From: Desulfatiglandales bacterium | GTDB taxonomy: Bacteria > Desulfobacterota > DSM-4660 > Desulfatiglandales > Desulfatiglandaceae | Direction of reading: 5' to 3' | Length of the DNA stretch: 64,000 nt | Assembly (NCBI GenBank): GCA_963662465.1 | Contig: OY759599.1 | Location: 3,872,001-3,936,000 of the forward strand | Part shown: piece by piece, positions 59,493 through 64,000 of the stretch | Layout: each line of letters opens with the position of its first letter | How positions within the stretch are numbered: position 1 is the stretch's first letter | Notes under the pieces: model-generated | The model's input: only the letters and a program-made list of their open reading frames with translations | What the model was told of the DNA's origin: nothing | Databases searched by the model: none | Made by a program: the position numbers and the translations under genes

Positions 59493-59820
59493 GGTGGATC
59501 CCCCCCAAACGATTCTTTTTATCGAGGCCCTGATTTCACAATCTTAAAGAATAACACATTTCCCAAGATTGGCAATTAAAAAAAATGTACCGGAATTCTT
59601 GACTTGACTTTATTTTGCCGGTTGATGTAATTCTTTTATCTTGGTTATTTGCCCTTCTTTTGCTTGGGGTTGTGGGCGCCGTCTTAATCGCTCACCCCGT
59701 TGTAAGCGCGCCACAAAATGAAAAAAGGTGAAAAGTGATGAGGTCCGAGCAAGCGGCTATCTGTAATCGTAATAAAACCAAACCATACATGCAATGAAAT
59801 TGATCAGGAGAGGGTTCTAA

Positions 59821-61899
59821 ATGGAAAAAAAGGCTGAACAATTGAGAAATGCTGCTCTCATAGCGCATGGGGGCTCAGGGAAAACATCTCTGGCGGAAGC
59901 AATGCTGTTTAACGGAAAAGCCACAACCCGGCTTTGCAAAGTAGATGACGGCGCTTCCAACCTTGATGTTGAACCGGAAGAAATCAAACGGAAATCCACC
60001 CTGACCACCGCATTTCACCACTGCACCTGGAAAAAACACACCATCAATATCATCGATACGCCGGGTGATGATAATTTCCTTTCCGATGCCAAATTTTCCT
60101 TGCAGGCCGCTGATGGTTCGGTGGTGGTAATTGACGCCACGGCAGGCGTAAAAGTCGGTACGGAAAAGGTATGGACCTTTGCCGATGAACAGGAACTCCC
60201 AAAGATTGTTTTTATCAATAGAATGGATCGTGAGCGGGCGGATTTTTTTCAGGTGGTGGATGAGCTCAGCCAAACCTTTGAGATCAAAGCCACTCCCGTG
60301 GTCATTCCCATCGGCGAAGAAGACCGTTTTTCGGGCGTTGTAGACCTCATCAAACAAAAAGCCTATATTTACAGCAAGGACGGCAGCGGCGCCTTTGAAA
60401 CTGCCGACATTCCGGAAGACATGAAAGATACGGCCGATGAGTGGCGCGAAATGATGATTGAAAACGTGGTGGAAATCGATGACGATCTCATGGAAAAGTA
60501 CTTGGAAGGCGAAGAACTGTCCGATAAAGAAATTGAAAAGACCCTGATGCAGGGGATTAAATCCGGATTGCTCACACCCGTTTTGTGTGGATCCGCGGTA
60601 CTCAATATGGGCGTTGCGCAACTGATGGACCTCATTGTGGAAGGTCTTCCCTCACCTCTCGAAAGAAAACCCAAAAAGGGGACACTCCCGGACAGCGACG
60701 AAGAAACGGAAAGGGCGCCCTCCGTCGATGCTCCTTTTTCAGCGCTTGTTTTTAAAACCGTTGCAGATCCATTTGCGGGAAAACTAACCCTGGCAAGGGT
60801 TTTCTCGGGCACGCTTTCCTCGGATTCCACAGTGTACAACGCCAATAAAGACGTTAAGGAAAAAATCGGTCAACTCCTGATCCTGGAAGGAAAGAAACAG
60901 CAAGCCATTGAAACGGTCGGCCCCGGAGACATTGTTGCCATGGCCAAACTTAAGGAAACCGTCACCGGAGATACCCTTTGTTCGGCGGGAGAACCCATCA
61001 TTTACAAACCCATCGAAGGATTGCCATCGGTTATCTCATACGCGGTGGAGGCCAAGGTCAAGGGAAGCGAGGACAAGGTATTCACCTCGTTTGCCAAGCT
61101 CCTGGAAGAGGACCCCACCCTCAAACTGGGCAGGGATCAGGCCACGGGCGAAGTGATCCTGTCCGGCACGGGACAGATCCACCTGGAAATTGCCTGCGAA
61201 AAATTAAATCGAAAATTCGGTGTGGAAGTAAACCTGAATCCGGTGAAAGTGCCCTACCGGGAGACCATCAAAAAATCCGCCAAAGGGGTTGTCTACCGTC
61301 ATAAAAAACAGTCGGGCGGCAGGGGACAATTTGCGGAAGTCCATTTCGACGTCATGCCGCTGAAACTGGACTCAGGCTTTGAGTTCATGGAAGATTTGAC
61401 CGGCATGAACGTGCCCCGAAATTTTGTGCCCGCCGTTGAAAAAGGCCTTGTGGAATCTTTAGACAGCGGCGCCTTAGCCGGTTACCCGGTGGTGGACCTG
61501 AAGGTCAGGTTTTACGACGGCAAGTCCCATGATGTGGACTCCTCGGAGATGGCCTTCAAAATCGCGGCCCGCATGTGTCTTAAAAAAGCCATGCAGCAAG
61601 CTAATCCCACCCTCCTTGAACCCATCAAAAAAATGGAAATAACCGTCCCCGAGGAGTTCATGGGCGACGTTATGGGTGATCTCAACAGCCGGCGCGGCAA
61701 GGTGCTGGGCATGGACGCCAAAGGGAAATACCAGGTGATCAAAGCACAGGTTCCCATGTCCGAAGTGTTGAGATACGCCTTGGACCTCAATTCCATTACC
61801 GGGGGAAGAGGAACATTCGTGATGGAGCATTCCCATTACGAGGAACTGCCGGCCCAGCTGGCGGAAAAGGTGATTGCCGCGTCTCAGGTTGAAGAGTAA
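59821..61899 (+). CDS. fusA: Elongation factor G-like protein (EF-G II type paralogue)
   Basis: AHGGSGKT, DTPG, HKKQSGGRGQF, SHDVDSSEMAF. Lacks RGITI and is not in the str operon. Confidence 0.88.
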   Translation: MEKKAEQLRNAALIAHGGSGKTSLAEAMLFNGKATTRLCKVDDGASNLDVEPEEIKRKSTLTTAFHHCTWKKHTINIIDTPGDDNFLSDAKFSLQAADGSVVVIDATAGVKVGTEKVWTFADEQELPKIVFINRMDRERADFFQVVDELSQTFEIKATPVVIPIGEEDRFSGVVDLIKQKAYIYSKDGSGAFETADIPEDMKDTADEWREMMIENVVEIDDDLMEKYLEGEELSDKEIEKTLMQGIKSGLLTPVLCGSAVLNMGVAQLMDLIVEGLPSPLERKPKKGTLPDSDEETERAPSVDAPFSALVFKTVADPFAGKLTLARVFSGTLSSDSTVYNANKDVKEKIGQLLILEGKKQQAIETVGPGDIVAMAKLKETVTGDTLCSAGEPIIYKPIEGLPSVISYAVEAKVKGSEDKVFTSFAKLLEEDPTLKLGRDQATGEVILSGTGQIHLEIACEKLNRKFGVEVNLNPVKVPYRETIKKSAKGVVYRHKKQSGGRGQFAEVHFDVMPLKLDSGFEFMEDLTGMNVPRNFVPAVEKGLVESLDSGALAGYPVVDLKVRFYDGKSHDVDSSEMAFKIAARMCLKKAMQQANPTLLEPIKKMEITVPEEFMGDVMGDLNSRRGKVLGMDAKGKYQVIKAQVPMSEVLRYALDLNSITGGRGTFVMEHSHYEELPAQLAEKVIAASQVEE

Positions 61900-61909
61900 G
61901 GGCGCAATA

Positions 61910-62428
61910 ATGGAAAATAAGATCAGGGCAGGTGTTCTCACCATCAGCACCAAAGGGGCGGCAGGCCTCCGAAATGATGAGAGTGGCGAAGCGGTCCGGC
62001 GCATGCTGGAGGATCAAGGATTTGCGGTGATTCGAAAACATATCATTCCGGACCAACTTCAAGAAATCGCTGATACCCTCATAACCTGGGTGGATGAGCA
62101 CAGCCTTGCCCTGATCGTCACATCAGGGGGCACCGGCCTGAGCCCCAACGACGTGACGCCTCAGGCCATGGAAAAGGTGATCGATTTTCCGGTGCCCGGC
62201 ATGGCCGAGGCCATGCGGGCGGAAAGCCTTAAAAAAACCCCCCATGCCATGATTTCAAGGGCAGTGGTGGGGGTTCGGAAAAATTGTCTCATCATCAACC
62301 TTCCGGGGAGTCCCAAAGGCGCCATGGAAAATCTTTCGGTGGTATTGCCGGCCCTCAGTCACGGTCTTGCGAAACTGGGCGGCGATACTTCGGATTGTGT
62401 TCCCCAATCCCAGCCCAATAACAAATAG
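61910..62428 (+). CDS. mog: Molybdopterin adenylyltransferase (MogA/MoaB family)
   Basis: LTIS...DESG, TSGGTG.SP.DVTP, INLPGSPKG. Confidence 0.9.
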   Translation: MENKIRAGVLTISTKGAAGLRNDESGEAVRRMLEDQGFAVIRKHIIPDQLQEIADTLITWVDEHSLALIVTSGGTGLSPNDVTPQAMEKVIDFPVPGMAEAMRAESLKKTPHAMISRAVVGVRKNCLIINLPGSPKGAMENLSVVLPALSHGLAKLGGDTSDCVPQSQPNNK

Positions 62429-62470
62429 CGTTCCGGGCTATTGCAAACCATTCATGGAGGTTATCCCTTA

Positions 62471-62818
62471 ATGGCGTTCGTTACATCTGAAACACCGAAT
62501 GGAAAAGTGGTTATCGTAGAGGGTCCCGACAGGCTGGCGGCAAACATTTCGGACGATTTCAGAAAAATGATCAATGACCTCGTGGACCAGGGAAAAACGC
62601 GCCTGGTCATTGATATGGAAAAAACGGATTTCATGGATTCCAGCGGACTTGGGGCACTGGTTTCCCGCATCGCCGCCACCCGCGCCAACCACGGGGACGT
62701 CCGTCTGGCAGCCCCATCGCCCTTTATCCTCAATCTCCTTAAAATGACCCATCTGGACAAAGTATTTAAATGCTTTGACGATGTTGCATCCGCCATTCTG
62801 AGCTTTGACCAGGGCTGA
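62471..62818 (+). CDS. STAS anti-sigma-factor antagonist
   Basis: FMDSSGLGALV, LLKMTHLDKVF; GGAGG RBS. Confidence 0.9.
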   Translation: MAFVTSETPNGKVVIVEGPDRLAANISDDFRKMINDLVDQGKTRLVIDMEKTDFMDSSGLGALVSRIAATRANHGDVRLAAPSPFILNLLKMTHLDKVFKCFDDVASAILSFDQG

Positions 62819-62825
62819 TAAAAAA

Positions 62826-64000
62826 ATGGATAATCCTTCCGAATTTCATCTTTTAGAACCGGATTACAATCGAGAAATATTTAAAATCCCTACCCAATTC
62901 AAGAAAAAGATCCTGAACAAACTGGCATTTCTATACGGCGAACAAGCCACCGGTGTGTGCTATGCGGAACTTGAGAGAATCATGAAGGTCTATTACGCCT
63001 ACAAGACCCCCCACATGATTCACATGGAAAAGACCTTTAATGCGAATGAGCGGTTTACGGAAAAAGACGTTATTCTCATTACCTATGGCGACCTGATTCA
63101 GGGGCGCCGTCGGAAGCCCCTTGAAATTCTGGCGGATTTTACAAAATATTTAAAAGAGGCCATCAACACCCTGCACATCCTTCCTTTTTTTCCCTATTCC
63201 TCGGATCGAGGATTTTCCGTCACGGATTTTGAAGAAGTGGATCCCAGGTTAGGGACCTGGGAAGACATTCTAAAACTGAAATCTTCCACAAAATTGATGT
63301 TTGACGGGGTTTTCAACCATATTTCCGCCAAAAGCCGGTGGTTTCAGGAATTTCTGGACGGAAACCCCAGGTTCCAGGATTTTTTCACCGTTTTCTCCAC
63401 CAAAACAGCCATTTCAGAGGAATATCTGAGCCTGATTCTCCGTCCGCGCACATCCGAACTTCTCTCCACCTTCAGCACCCTGAACGGAACGCGCTCCGTG
63501 TGGACCACCTTCAGCCGGGACCAGATTGACCTTAACTTCAAGAATCCCGAAGTATTGCTCAAAATGGCGCAGATCCTGCTGCTCTATGTACGACGCGGCG
63601 CCGATCTCATCCGTCTGGATGCCATTACCTACCTCTGGCAGGAACTGGGGACCACCTGCGCGCATTTGGAGCAAACCCACACGGTCATCAAGTTGTTTCG
63701 AGACATCCTGGATGCGGTAGCGCCCCACGTGGCCCTGGTTTCCGAAACCAATGTCCCCCATGAAGAGAATATTCAGTATTTCGGCAATGGCCATGACGAA
63801 GCCCAGATGGTGTACAATTTTGCCCTGCCTCCCCTGGTGTTGCACACCTTTCAAACCGAATCATCGGCCGCCTTGACAAAATGGGCCATGGACCTTGACC
63901 GAATATCCGACGCTGCCACCTACTTCAACATCCTGGACTCCCATGACGGCATAGGCGTCTTGGGCGCCAAAAACATTCTCACGGATGAAGAGATCGAGAT
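62826..64000 (+). CDS. GH13 sugar phosphorylase (sucrose/glucosylglycerate phosphorylase family), 3' partial
   Basis: Absent from the ORF track because there is no stop. From ATG 62826: LITYGD, HILPFFPYSSDRGFS, DGVFNHIS, WTTFSRDQIDLN, IRLDAI, ETNVPH, SHDGIG. Confidence 0.92.
   Translation, partial: MDNPSEFHLLEPDYNREIFKIPTQFKKKILNKLAFLYGEQATGVCYAELERIMKVYYAYKTPHMIHMEKTFNANERFTEKDVILITYGDLIQGRRRKPLEILADFTKYLKEAINTLHILPFFPYSSDRGFSVTDFEEVDPRLGTWEDILKLKSSTKLMFDGVFNHISAKSRWFQEFLDGNPRFQDFFTVFSTKTAISEEYLSLILRPRTSELLSTFSTLNGTRSVWTTFSRDQIDLNFKNPEVLLKMAQILLLYVRRGADLIRLDAITYLWQELGTTCAHLEQTHTVIKLFRDILDAVAPHVALVSETNVPHEENIQYFGNGHDEAQMVYNFALPPLVLHTFQTESSAALTKWAMDLDRISDAATYFNILDSHDGIGVLGAKNILTDEEIE

Overview
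The window is about 50% GC chromosomal DNA. Gene order and content point to an anaerobic Desulfobacterota (Desulfobacteraceae/Desulfatiglans-like); this is inferred, not proven. 1-16.1 kb: exopolysaccharide (EPS) locus with the end of sat/cysC, a secreted glycoside-hydrolase-like protein, GT4, VanZ, Wzy/ligase, Wzc-like, Wzx, rfbA/rfbC, a WecB/TagA-STAS-STAS fusion, a degenerate nucleotidyltransferase-sugar-transferase fusion and a priming sugar transferase. 16.4-29.3 kb: archaeal-type UMP kinase, then an operon of exported tandem rhodanese, hybrid histidine kinase and Hpt, followed by a DUF4388/cNMP protein, two PEP-CTERM genes and acetoacetate catabolism genes. The rhodanese gene has an in-frame TGA in the active-site loop followed by a SECIS-like hairpin, so it is a probable selenoprotein that the ORF track splits in two. 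29.3-38.9 kb: decayed accessory zone with nested IS66/ISKra4 remnants, PIN and AAA fragments, a MITE, REP palindromes with a Y1 transposase remnant, DUF29 and BrnT/BrnA. 39-43.8 kb: acyltransferase, B12 radical SAM and DnaJ operon, then tRNA-Gly and tRNA-Cys. 43.9-59.5 kb: conserved xerC-hslVU-arg-lysA-dap-folK-fsa cluster lacking argF. 59.8-64 kb: EF-G-like, Mog, STAS and a sugar phosphorylase (partial). The best candidates for something new are the periplasmic Sec-rhodanese/kinase/Hpt module, 7-bp tandem repeats that supply signal-peptide n-regions at ATGA overlaps, and STAS-controlled polysaccharide initiation. All family assignments come from reading motifs; no database searches were run.
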